A stretch of DNA of 64,000 nucleotides, taken from NCBI RefSeq assembly GCF_009914755.1, contig NC_060931.1; one strand, 5' to 3'. Below are positions 1-14,428 of this stretch, piece after piece. Position numbers and translations under genes: made by a program. The notes beneath the pieces are model-generated. The model did not search any database. It was not told the DNA's origin and worked only from the letters and a program-made list of their open reading frames with translations. Source of the stretch: the human T2T-CHM13v2.0 reference genome, Homo sapiens. The first letter of the stretch is position 1. Each line of letters opens with the position of its first letter.

Positions 1-1030
1 TTGTGGTCTGTCTTTGAGCATGTTCGGGGTGTAGATGAGGAGAATGTGTAGGCTGCGATTGATGGGTTGAGCGCTCTGTAGATGTTTGTTAGGTCCAATT
101 GGTCAAGTATCCAACTTAAGTTTAAAGTTTCTTGGTTAGTTTTCTAACCTAACCTCAATGATCTGTCTAATACTGTCAATGGGATGTTAAAGTCTCCCAC
201 TATTACTGAGTAGCTATCTAAGTATTTTCCTAAGTCTAGAAGTAGTTGTTTTATGAATCTGGGTGCTCCAATGTTGGGTGCTTATATATTTAGGATAGTG
301 AAGTCTTCTTGCTGAATTGAACCCTTCATCATTATGTAATGCCCTTCTTTTTCCTTTTTTCCTGTTGTTCATTTAAAGTCTGTTTTATCTGATACAAGAA
401 TAGTGACCCCTGCTTTTTTTTGTTTTCCATTTGCATGACAGATCTTTTCCCAACCCCCAAAATAAAGGGTTGGGAAAAGATCTGTCTGTCGTGCAAATGG
501 AAGGACTATGGATATCCTTAGAGGTGAGATGGGTCTCTTGAAGAGAGGGGATGGATGGTTTTTCTTTTCTAATTCAACCTTGCAACTCTGTGCCTTTTAA
601 GTGGGGTGCATAAACTGTTTACATTCAGGGTTAATATTGATATGTGAGGTTTTGATCCTATAATGAAGTTTGTTGGTTGGTTGCTTTGTAGTTGCTATTG
701 TGTGGTTGCTTTATAGGGTCTGAGGGCTATGTATGTAAGTGTGTTTTTGTGGTAGCAGGTATCTTTCTTTTTGTTTCCAAGTTTAGAACCTGCTGAAGGG
801 TCTCTTGTAAGACTTGGTGTAATAGTAACTAATTCCCTTGCACTTGCTTTTCTGAAAAAGATTTTATTTCTTCTTCACTTATGAAGCTTAGTTTGGCAGG
901 ATATGAAATTCTTGTTTGGAATTTCTTTTCTTTAAGAATGCTGAAAATAGGCACCTAATCTCTCTTGTCTTGTAAGATTTCTGCTGAGAAGTTTGCTGTT
1001 AGCCTGATGAGGTTCTCTTTGCATGTGATC
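1..1030 (-). mobile_element. LINE-1 fragment (end of ORF1, spacer, ORF2 endonuclease region), older primate L1, runs off the window start
   Basis: Reverse strand matches L1 ORF2 EN motifs (atgaatctgggtgctccaatgttgggtgcttatatattt = NIYAPNIGAPRF) and ORF1 C-terminus (cttatgaagcttagtttggcaggatatgaaattct); homologous to the L1 copies at 23150-24100 and 29850-30790. Confidence 0.92.
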
Positions 1031-1521
1031 AGATAGTCACTGCTTAATCCCAGTATTTCTGGTAAAGAAAGGAATGGTGAACTCTGAAAAGAGTGAAGGG
1101 TTGTCAGAAATATTATGGATAAAGGATATATAATCTGTCAAAGGTTTTGACTAATTAAATATGGACTTCCTATATGTGATTGAAAGTGAGAAGGAAAAAT
1201 AAAGTCAAAGCAATTCTCAGGTTTCTAATAAAAAATGATAGTGTTAGTCACTGAAACTGGAAACCTAAAAGAAGAAGTAAGCATTTAGAAATGTGGAATT
1301 ACATTTCATGATAGATGTCTGGAATGAAGAAATATCTGAATGTTATAAGAATATGAGGAATAAGATAATTAGAGGATTTGGGTAAGTCTACCTAGGAGAC
1401 AACTTGGAATGAAGAAGAAGGTAGCGGATAGAGCATTACTGTCTGGCATCAACTAAGGGTTTATTTTAACAATCAAGAGCATCCAAGTAGACTATAAAGG
1501 CTCAGTTTAAAACACAACTCA

Positions 1522-1826
<305 letters not shown>

Positions 1827-1829
1827 TCA

Positions 1830-1945
1830 AAGTGTAAGCACCCAAAGGGAAGGTACTTGTATTGCTTGCCATTGTATATATCCATAGCACCTATTACTCT
1901 ACTTGGAACACAGTACATGGCCATTTGTTAAATAAATGAACAAAC
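1830..1945 (+). mobile_element. L2 3' end fragment
   Basis: tgtaagcacccaaagggaagg...cttggaacacagtac...atttgttaaataaatgaa resembles the L2 3' terminus. Confidence 0.55.
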
Positions 1946-4900
1946 AAACCAAGATAGTGATGTTATGAAAACCAAATGCAAAGGGAGTTTCAAGAAGAAG
2001 GAATCACTTATAGTGGCATTAAGATGTCCTTGGATTGGGCAATTAGAAAGTCATTAAAAACCTCATGATGAATAGCTGCTGTGGAGTTTTGTTGGTAGAA
2101 CCCAGATTGAGATGGATAGAGGAGCAAATGGATAATGAAGCAGTGGAGATGTTGAAAACTGCTTTCACCTTCAAAAATACTATCAAAGAGCAGGAATTAT
2201 TAATAGATAAAACTAGAGGAGGAAGTATTATTGAGAACACTTTTTGTAAGTTAGGAGAGATGTAAGCAGGTTTATATGTAGGGAAGGAAGCCAAAGGAAG
2301 GAAGAAATTCAAGAAGCAAAAAAGGGCATGACTGATAAGGTATGGTCCCTGGGACATGGAGGAGATGAGTTCTAAACCAGAAATGGAGGAATTAGTTTAG
2401 GACCAAAAATGGGACTTCTCTATCTATAGAATGTTAAATTGGGGCAGTGAAAGTAAATGAAGAGATGATGATAACCCCCAGATTTATGATATAAGGTGGT
2501 GATCTCTCTCTTTTACATTTGTAAGGAGGTAAGAATAAAAGGAAATACAGGCATGATTTCTGGTGTAAAAGTAGAAAGTTTGAGAACACTTATTCTCAAT
2601 ATGTAGCAATGCTGCTATCTTTTTAAAAGGGTTAGAAGTGAAGTAGGAATTCTGAAGAGAGTGGTAGATATTTGGAGCAAACCCTGGCACTAGATTATGG
2701 AGTTTAACAAGAATATGTGAAAAGAGCTACTGCTATCCAATGGAAGAGTAAATAATAAATTCTAGTTGCTTGCACTAATCTTCTCAATGATTGAGTTTTC
2801 TTCGGTGGCATTCAGTGTTTTTAGTATAAAAACCAAAAAATAAAGAGCAGACTTAGTCTAAGGCTAGCTGTTGGCAGAGAAGTATGATAGAATGGATAAA
2901 AACCAGGGAGTTAAAAGCACTTGGAAGCTAGCCTGGGAGGAGGTTGGCAATCGTTTAAGTTGGTGGAGATAACTGAAGCGCTTTAGCATTTGAACAGCAA
3001 GGGGAATCAGAGGGACAAAAGGAGTATGGGAGCCTCAAGGATAAGAGATCATGGTTTTGAATCATAAAAGGCAGATTTAGCTGGGTGTGGTTCCAAACTG
3101 AGGTGGGAGCCTCAGATGCAGATAGAGGTTGGCTCAGGTGCTTACCTGAAATAGCCAGAAGCAGCAAGAGCTAGAAGATACCTTTGAGCACTCAGGGCAC
3201 AAATTAAAAATGCTAATATTTGTCTGGCACACTGGAATACACAAATGAGGCTGGCTGAAGCTGCAAATGACTAGATCAAGGGGTCCTCCTGCTGGAATGA
3301 CATAATATTCTAGACATGCATGTAACCCCCTCCAACCTATTCCCTGCCTGTGCTCCAGAACACACAACTTAGGAAAACTCTGCCTTTAGGAAACACTGAA
3401 GGTTGAAATAAGGAAAATCGGGTGATTAATGATGTAGCTCAGAAAGTTAAGGTGAGAGATTCAAAACAAAGATAATCAGATCTGAATCCAGACAAACACT
3501 GGACTGAACATGAGTGAAAACAGAAATGATAGGAATAAAGGAAAAGTCAATGACTGTTGTTACAAATTGGTCTCATGCACCATCTGACATAGGCCTTGTG
3601 GTACATGGATGAGTCAATGCAGAAGCAAACATGAAGGTAAAATTTAGAGTCCATAATTACAGGAAAAGGTATTTCAAGGTGAAAAGAAAAAAGGCCTTTC
3701 TCACTAATTTTAATTTTAGTTACTCATGTAATACACAACCAAGGGTACCATAGAAAATTGATCAGGATTTTTTTTTAACAGGTAATTAAAAAGCTGTAGA
3801 GTCAAATGAAGTTATTGTGCTCTGGAAAAAAACCCCATTATTAAAATACAAAAATGTACTTCTCAAAATATATCCTAATATTTTCCTGTTTAGCACTGTA
3901 CAAATTGGAAGTTCTCTTAAGTTTGAAATGTTTATAAAATAACAGCTTTGTGTCTCAATAGAATTTTAGATGCTTTATTCTTCTTGAACATCTTTGAAGG
4001 AATCATCAAAGAAGCAAAATGTCATCTGCATTGTCAAATGACCTTGCTCTGTGATCTTCGCAGAAAATAAACAGCTTTAAATGAGAAGAAGCTGTCAATT
4101 CAGGCCCTGTTACAATAATGAGAGTTCATCACATGCTTTATCCTGTGGTTCTGAATTATAGCACTCTTTTATGTAGTTACATTGTAAATCACCACCCACT
4201 ATTTATAACATTTCTGTACTTCTAGCCAAAATATCAAGTAAATCAAATTGGAGATGAAATATTTTTGGCTTAAACCGATCCAATATGTTCTTGCTCCTGA
4301 CAGCTGTAAAACTCAAGAGTTATTTTACATCTTAGTGTTTGAAGTCTAAAAACCACAATTTGGGATGACCTGATGTATTCCAACTAAAATCCTGGAAATC
4401 TCATAATGTCGGGAAATTAGCTGAGAGGAGCATGGACAGATCATCGTTACTGGATGAAACTTACAGGAGAATCACTGTAAGGGGCCATTAACTACAAAGC
4501 CAAAAGCAAGAGATCACGAACAACAAAATTTAAGAGGTACCCAAATTGGAATTAAGGTGTGGCTGTTAAGAGGCTTATAACACGTAGAGGTATAATTCTA
4601 TTTATTCTAGAAAGTCAGCTAAAGGATAAAGAGTCAGAGCCCCTGGTTGAGCCTGGTAATTATTCTAACAAAACATTTATGTAGAAAGTAATCGCTCTTC
4701 TTCAAGGCTGTTGTAACAATTAGCGAAAGAAATAAAAGAGGACTAAAGGGATGAGCTGAAGCAACAATATAAACAAAAATGAAACTGTTCACCACCCCAG
4801 GGGAATATTGTCATAACTGTGTGAGGTTTGTAAGTAAAAACGGCTATGTCAGTATTATTATCTTAAAATAATTTAATGAAGCCACAGGATGTCTCACGTA

Positions 4901-5547
4901 CATACAATAAAACAATTTAAATTTTGGAAAATAACATGTAATCTAGTCTTTGCTCTACTACTAATTGCTGGGGAATATGATACTGGCTGGGGCCCTTCTG
5001 TTCTTATATTAGCTGTCTCTATTCATTGGAATATAACCCTTGGAGACTCAGTATTCTATGTCGAATATTTCTGAAATCGTTTAAGTGCACTTCTCTTAGC
5101 GGTTCTGCCTATGCTTTTAAAATACCAAGGAAACACTTTGGGATTCTTGCCAACCTGTTTTTCCAGTATAGGCAGAATTTAAAAGTGAATTTTCATTCAC
5201 AGGTATCTAGGAACACATATTTCTCCTCCATACCTCTGGATTGATAGCAACTGCAGTACCAAGTGGTGCTTTGGGAAGGCTTAACCTTCCATCTTTCTTT
5301 CAGCTTCTCCCCACCCCCTCCCCAGTCAGCATCAAGATTAATATTCAATATATAAAAATAGTATATGCCTGTTATACAAAAATAAGCTTCAGGAAGAGTT
5401 ATCTTGCTTCCCTTCCAAGGAAATTACCATCCTACACCCATCCTACATCTAGTATCATCACTGAGAGTAGCTTCGTACACTGACCAAATGCATGGACAGA
5501 CACTGACCCATTCCAGGGACAAGCTGGAAGGGACAGATACCATCTTT

Positions 5548-5710
5548 ATGTGTAAGACTCTGGGAAACTTTTAACCTTCCCAAGTCTCACATTGTTCAGG
5601 GTTGTTGCAAGGACTAAAATGAAATAATGCATTGCGAAGTGTTTGGCCAGTATATGGCAAATAGTAAGAGCTCAATTAAGGCCGGACATTTTTAATATTA
5701 TTGTTATTGT
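5548..5710 (+). mobile_element. MIR fragment
   Basis: tgtaagactctgggaaacttttaacctt...gggttgttgcaaggactaaaatgaaataatgc...tggcaaatagtaagagctcaat. Confidence 0.7.
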
Positions 5711-5851
5711 TCTTATTACTGTTTATTGCAATTTTCCCTTGCAAATGGTTTATCCAATGAAAACATCCAAGCTAAGAACCATGGAGATGTATAGGAAATG
5801 AAAATATCATATAGGTTTTCTTGGATGACAAAAAGCAAAAGAACAGACTAT

Positions 5852-5911
5852 GACAAACAAGCAAACAAACAAACAAACAAAAAACAAAAAAACACACAAA
5901 CAAAAAAACAC
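5852..5911 (+). repeat. (CAAA)n / A-rich simple repeat
   Basis: acaaacaagcaaacaaacaaacaaacaaaaaacaaaaaaacacacaaacaaaaaaacac. Confidence 0.9.
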
Positions 5912-6054
5912 AATTCTAAAATATGCTGACTCTGATTTGATTATTTAGAGAACATTTCAGTCTCTTCAATTACCTCAGAACTATCAGTATAACCATTAAT
6001 TTTCATTTTTCTAGCAAAGAATGGAAATCTTTGCTACTAAACAATGCTGAATGA

Positions 6055-6520
6055 CAATGTTAATTCAACAAGTATTAACAGAATGGTGATCATATAGAAA
6101 ACTCGTGTGCTTACCGGAAGGGACTGTATGTAGGGGGACTGGATAAAGATAAGTAAGAAAGTGTTTCAAATACTTTGCAATATAAGGAAGAGGGATAAGA
6201 ACAAGAGAGAGAAGAAAGAGAGAGAAAGAGGAACAAAGTTGTAAACAATCATAAGATAAGACAGAATTGAAGTGCTGTAATAAAGGTGAAAATCTAAGGA
6301 TTTGAAAGCACAGCTGTGGGAAGGATTGATTTTAACTGGCAAGACTGATGAAGGTTTAGTGAGAGGGTTCATTTGAGCTGGCATTTAAAAGATGAATAGG
6401 ATGTCAATAGGTGTGAAAGAAGACATTTCCAGGATGAACTATAGGATCAAAATATTTTGGAATATTTGGAAAACATAAGGACAACAGTCAAAAAAGCAGA
6501 ATAGGGTGGGGATGGAGCGA
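6055..6520 (-). mobile_element. L2 remnant (3' portion)
   Basis: attcaacaagtatt...ggataaagataagtaaga...catttgagctggcatttaaaagatgaatagga. Confidence 0.6.
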
Positions 6521-6609
6521 TGAAAAACCTGAAGGGTGTTGAGTAATGGGATGTAATAATAACAATATTAATAGTAATAGCAGTGGGAACAGTACTGAGG
6601 GTTATATTA

Positions 6610-6815
6610 CTAATAGTAGAATTCATTAAGTAGTTAATACATACTTAGTACTTTTATCTCATTCAATTCTCGAAAACCACCACTCTTTAAGAGATGTACC
6701 ATCTCTGCCTTTTTTAGAGGCACAGGGAAGTTAAAAAAGTTGCCAGTGCACACCTAGGTAGTAAGAGACAAAGTCAGGATTCAAAACCCATCTAATGTCT
6801 AGAGCTAAAAGTCAC
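6610..6815 (-). mobile_element. MIR
   Basis: tatctcattcaattctc...gaggcacagggaagttaaaaaagttgcc...aagtcaggattcaaaaccca. Confidence 0.7.
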
Positions 6816-8165
6816 TGTCACACTAGCTAATATTACTATGAATATTATTTCTTTCATATGAAAACTAAGAAATAATACAATCTATTTTCTCCACATAAAA
6901 GTTGGATCCAATGTATTTCCTTTTTAGCAAATAGATAGCATACATTGTACTCAATGTGAAAATATATGCCGATTTTTGTTTCTATGGTAAATGTTATTAC
7001 GAGTTTAAATGACATCCTTGAAACATAATATATACCATTATTTCCAGTGAGGAAATCAAACCCTGGTTTAGAGGCCCTTCTTGTAATAACAAGGGATTAT
7101 AACTCAGCCCCACCATTCCTATAATTACCAGAGAATACAGATGCTAGAAGGATGGGGTAGGGGTGTGAAGCAGAGAAATGTGTGTGTGAAGCAAGTTTGT
7201 GAAAATAAAAGCTCTTTATTCTTCATTTTCATGCTTCTCAGACCATGAGGATCTGGAGTTGGTTACAATTTGTGCAGGGAAAAACTCAAGCTGTGAAGCA
7301 GGCAACCACGGCAAACTTGTCTTCAGTTCTATGTACCAATCATCAAGTCTTCCTTAATAGGCAGATTCCCTTGTACCTAAGATATTGCAGTGCATTTCAT
7401 AAAACACAGACATACCAACCATAAGATGAAAAACACTCTTGTGTAAGTAATAAAGAATAATGAAATGGCCATCAAGCTACAGTCTAAAACTTTGGTCACT
7501 GGACCATAAATGGGGATGCCAAATTGTATTATGATTGGGATTTTGAAGTCTTCTCCAATAGGGACAGAAGTTATGCATGTGTGTAAACATTCCCCTCCAA
7601 GCAAAGATGATGACTAGAAGTCACTGCCACACCAGCTAACAGAATAAACTACCACCAGTTTGATGCAAAATCCTGACCCAAGCTTTTGATCCTCCAGTTG
7701 AGATGCAGCTGCCACATGGCAATCTTGCTCACAAGCAAACAGAAACCTACATGCCTGCTAGTGTCTGGTTTTTAATTTTTTGAAATCAATATAATTTTCT
7801 CCTACTAAAGGGAATAAAAGGTAGCTAACTGATAGTGATCCATTCTTTAGGCTTGATTTTTTTTAATCCTCTAAATAAATCTTCACTGATTAGCAATTGT
7901 AGTAGTTCTAAAAATTGATTGATGGAAAAAAGACACAGGCCATATGTGTGGTAAGATATCTTAATAAAATGCTGTTTGTAAAGAAAATAAAAACATCCAC
8001 AGTTTCAAGAGATATTTACTGGAACCTTTATTTTATATCCTCTGGTTATGGCCATGGAGCCAAATGAATTAGAAAACAGAGGTAATGATATAGATATGCC
8101 ATGTAACCTTCAACTACAGTCTCAAATGATACCCACACTTAAGAATAGATATTTTGCTCTGGTTG

Positions 8166-8206
8166 ACTTACCTAGAGGGAAAGGGAAAAAAAAAAAAAAA
8201 AGAACA
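8166..8206 (-). promoter_or_regulatory. Juxtaposed 3' splice site / 5' splice site motif (candidate recursive splice site)
   Basis: Minus strand reads ctgttc(t)16ccctttccctctag|gtaagt; sequence motif only, no transcript evidence. Confidence 0.4.
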
Positions 8207-10199
8207 GATGTCTCGGAACAGTAATCAAAAGGAACTTAGAAGGGAAATATTGCTAAGAAAATATTTAGCAGAACCATTTGTAAATGCTTAATAGAAAGAG
8301 CTTATAAGTAATTTATATGAATTATAAAAGTAAAGGTTTATGCTAAATTTTGTTATGTTGCTTCAATATCATTTCTAGTTATTTTCTGTTCCTTAAGTAA
8401 TTCTGCTTACCAACAACCTCTCAAAATATTGTAGAACATTTGGGACATTTGAACCAAGTTGTGGCTGTTGTCAAAATATCATTTCATCTTTTAAGCACGG
8501 ATAATTAATATTTCAAGATTTATTTATAAGTATAAAACAGATTTCAAGTGATCACCATTTATCTGGTTGGCAATTAAGTTAGTGTGGCTTTCTACCTGAA
8601 ATAAGATTATGCTTTTGAGTTAAGGACAATTATTAGCTAGATCCTGCCCTATATATGACTCTACCAAACTAAGCTTAGATGGGGCAAAAGTAATGTCAGA
8701 GCCAATGCCTTAACTTCCAAACTGGGTATCTTCAATGACATCTTTTGTGAAGCACTCCTATCAAGAAATTTTACTGTGTTATATTCAGGAACATTCTGGA
8801 ACCAAAGTTTCTGTTTGCTACATTGTAGGAAAGCAACAATAGTATGCACTGCTGTAACTTCTTTTAAAGTAATGTTGCAGCTTCTCTGAGGAATGTTGCA
8901 GGTGGATTCTCCAAGGTTGCTAAGGATAAGAGAAAATGTCTTCAGCATTTTTTTTTTTTGCATCAGGAAAGAGATATTTTAAAAATCAGATTTAGTAAAG
9001 AAAATGGCATTCCAATAATTCCAATAGTTTTGTAAATTTGTTTTTATAAATATGGTTCTTAGCTCCTCAGCTCCTCAGTTTAAAACAAAAATGACTATTT
9101 AAGTTCACAAGAACTAAACTAAACCTCCCCTCATCAATAATCACCTGTCAACTCCTTTTCATCCAAGAATCACTGCTATTAAGGGTATCATACACCTGTG
9201 AGTGGCGTATCAAGAATTGGCTGTGAGATGTTAAAACCTGCACGACCTTGACTAAAGTAAAAACATTTCCAAGTACAATTCATTTAACTACGCCATTATA
9301 CTGGATGACAGGGCTGAGACTGAGGGAGTATAGAATAGCAAAGCTTTAAGTCGCTTGGGATAGACAGATAAAATGAAGCGGTACCTGTCTAAACAACAGA
9401 TTTGTTATAACTAGTCATGGTATCCTCAAAGTCTTTACTCTGGGAACTACACTGATTATGCCAGAGTTCACCTTATCACTGACGCCACAAAGGCATTTCA
9501 GACACGGATCACACTTGCCCATCTTGATTTTACAGACAGGAAACCAGAAACGACAATTTGTATGAAAAGTGGAATCCAGGCTTTCATTTGGCATTAATAT
9601 GATTTTAGTTACTAAAGAAATTCTTGTTCTAAATATTTTGCTTTTTACTTAAATAAATCAGTATTTTGGTAAATTTTGGCTTTTGTTACAAGCTGTACAA
9701 AATGAAATATGTTTTCTTGGCCTCATATCCTTTGGAAATAGATGAAAGATTTTATTAATAATTAATTTAAAATTCTTTTAATTTCCATGGTATTTTCCTT
9801 CGACATCCAAATTTTTAAAAGAATATTCTTATTTTATAATATTGTAAAAATACTATATATTCATTTTTAGATTTGAAGAGTTAGATTCAACCATTCAACA
9901 AAAATAAGAGGGGAAAGAACTAACATTTGCTGATCATGTCTACTATGTTTAAGCACTGTGTTCAGCAAGAAATACAATAGCCTTGAAATAATCACTTGCT
10001 AATGGAGAAGGTAGATAGCTAACACTAACCTTGGTCCCCTGTGACAAGGGTGGCAGTAGACCATTCATTCATTCTGAGTCCATGGATTAGAGGCTGGTTT
10101 ATTCTGATTGGGAGAATTGCAAAAGGCTTCACAAACTACGTAATATTTAAACTGAAACTTAAAGAATGAATACCAGTGGTATTAGTAATCACAAGTACT

Positions 10200-10459
10200 G
10201 CTACTGCTGCTACTACTTACATAGCACTTGCTATATACCAAGCATTGTTCTAAAAGTCTTATATATATTAACTCATCTAATTCTCACAACTCTGAGAGGC
10301 AAGTACTATTACTCCCATTCTACAGATAAGAAAATTGAGGTTCATAGAGATTAAATAACTTGCCCAAAGACACACAACTAATAAATTGTGGAGCTGGAAT
10401 TTGATCCAAATGGTCTAACCCCGGACTCTGTGCATAACTCCTATATCAAACTGCCTCTC
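10200..10459 (-). mobile_element. Near full-length MIR
   Basis: cccattctacagataagaaaattgaggttcatagagattaaataacttgcccaaagacacacaacta...ggagctggaatttga (MIR core, reverse). Confidence 0.9.
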
Positions 10460-10651
10460 ATATGGAAATTCACCAAGGAAGACCATTAACAGGCCAACCC
10501 AAATGGAGGGAATAATAGCATATCAAGAGTTATGAGATAAATGATTGTGCTATCTTCAAACACTGGGCTCCTTGAACATCTCCCTCACCATCTAAATAGG
10601 TATGTGAAATATATAACACTCCTTTCTTCCCACCATATGGCTCCAATTCAG

Positions 10652-12200
<1,549 letters not shown>

Positions 12201-12309
12201 TACATCTAACAAGTTGTGCTAAGTCAACATAACAGCTACATACCTAACAAGCTCTGCATTGCATACCCACACACATGTAATTCTGCTCACTTCTGTTAAC
12301 ATTGTAAAA

Positions 12310-12896
<587 letters not shown>

Positions 12897-13029
12897 TCAG
12901 GGCAGAAGGCTCACCATTATCACATTTTATCTAATCACCTCCTAACTACTTTCAAACCAACAAACCCAAATATTGCCACTGATCCCCCTCCTATGCAAAG
13001 GACAGTAATAAGTCCAGTCTCAAAAAAGT

Positions 13030-13875
<846 letters not shown>

Positions 13876-14005
13876 ACAGTCATTGTCAACATTTCTGCTA
13901 ATTTATGATAATCAAAGTTATTTTCATTTTGGGGTGAAGTCTTTAATGTACTTTCTGTCATAGGGACTTCACTAAAGGTCACTAGTAACTCAAAGCAATG
14001 TATCT

Positions 14006-14270
14006 GTTCTCACTTATAACTGGGAGCTGAACGATGAAAACACATGGACACATGGGTGGGGGGAACAACCCACACTGGGGCCTATCAGTGGTTCCGGGGG
14101 AGGGAGAGCATCAGGAAGAACAGCTAATGGGTGCTGGGCTTAATACCTGGGTGATGGGTTGATCTGTGCAACAAACCACCATGGCACACATCTACCTATG
14201 TAACAAACCTGCACATCCTGCACATGTACTCCAGAACTTAAAATAAAAGTTGATTTTTTTTTTTTTTTAA
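14006..14270 (+). mobile_element. 5'-truncated L1PA (PA13-16-like) 3' end
   Basis: gttctcacttataactgggagctgaac...gtaacaaacctgcacatcctgcacatgtactccagaacttaaaataaaagttga; TSD aaagcaatgtatct (13992-14005) / aaagcaacgcatct (14271-14284). Confidence 0.92.
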
Positions 14271-14428
14271 AAAGCAACGCATCTTTTATGAAGAAGCAAT
14301 TCTTCTTTAGTTTTGGGAATCTATTGAACATTATGAGGTAAAATCAAAGAGGTTGGCTTTTAATTTCAAAAAGATTAAACATGAAAACATGAAAGATTAA
14401 ACATGAAAGATTTTCATGTTAAGAGTAT

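Noticed and set aside
6115-6138. 24-nt minus-strand microexon-like segment (ctttatccag|TCCCCCTACATACAGTCCCTTCCG|gtaagc)
   Set aside because: Lies within a degenerate L2 remnant and the peptide is unrecognised; probably chance, though cheap to check alongside the 4465 candidate.
7240-7430. Strong plus-strand acceptor followed by ACCATGAGG and a short open frame
   Set aside because: No convincing donor and no recognisable product.
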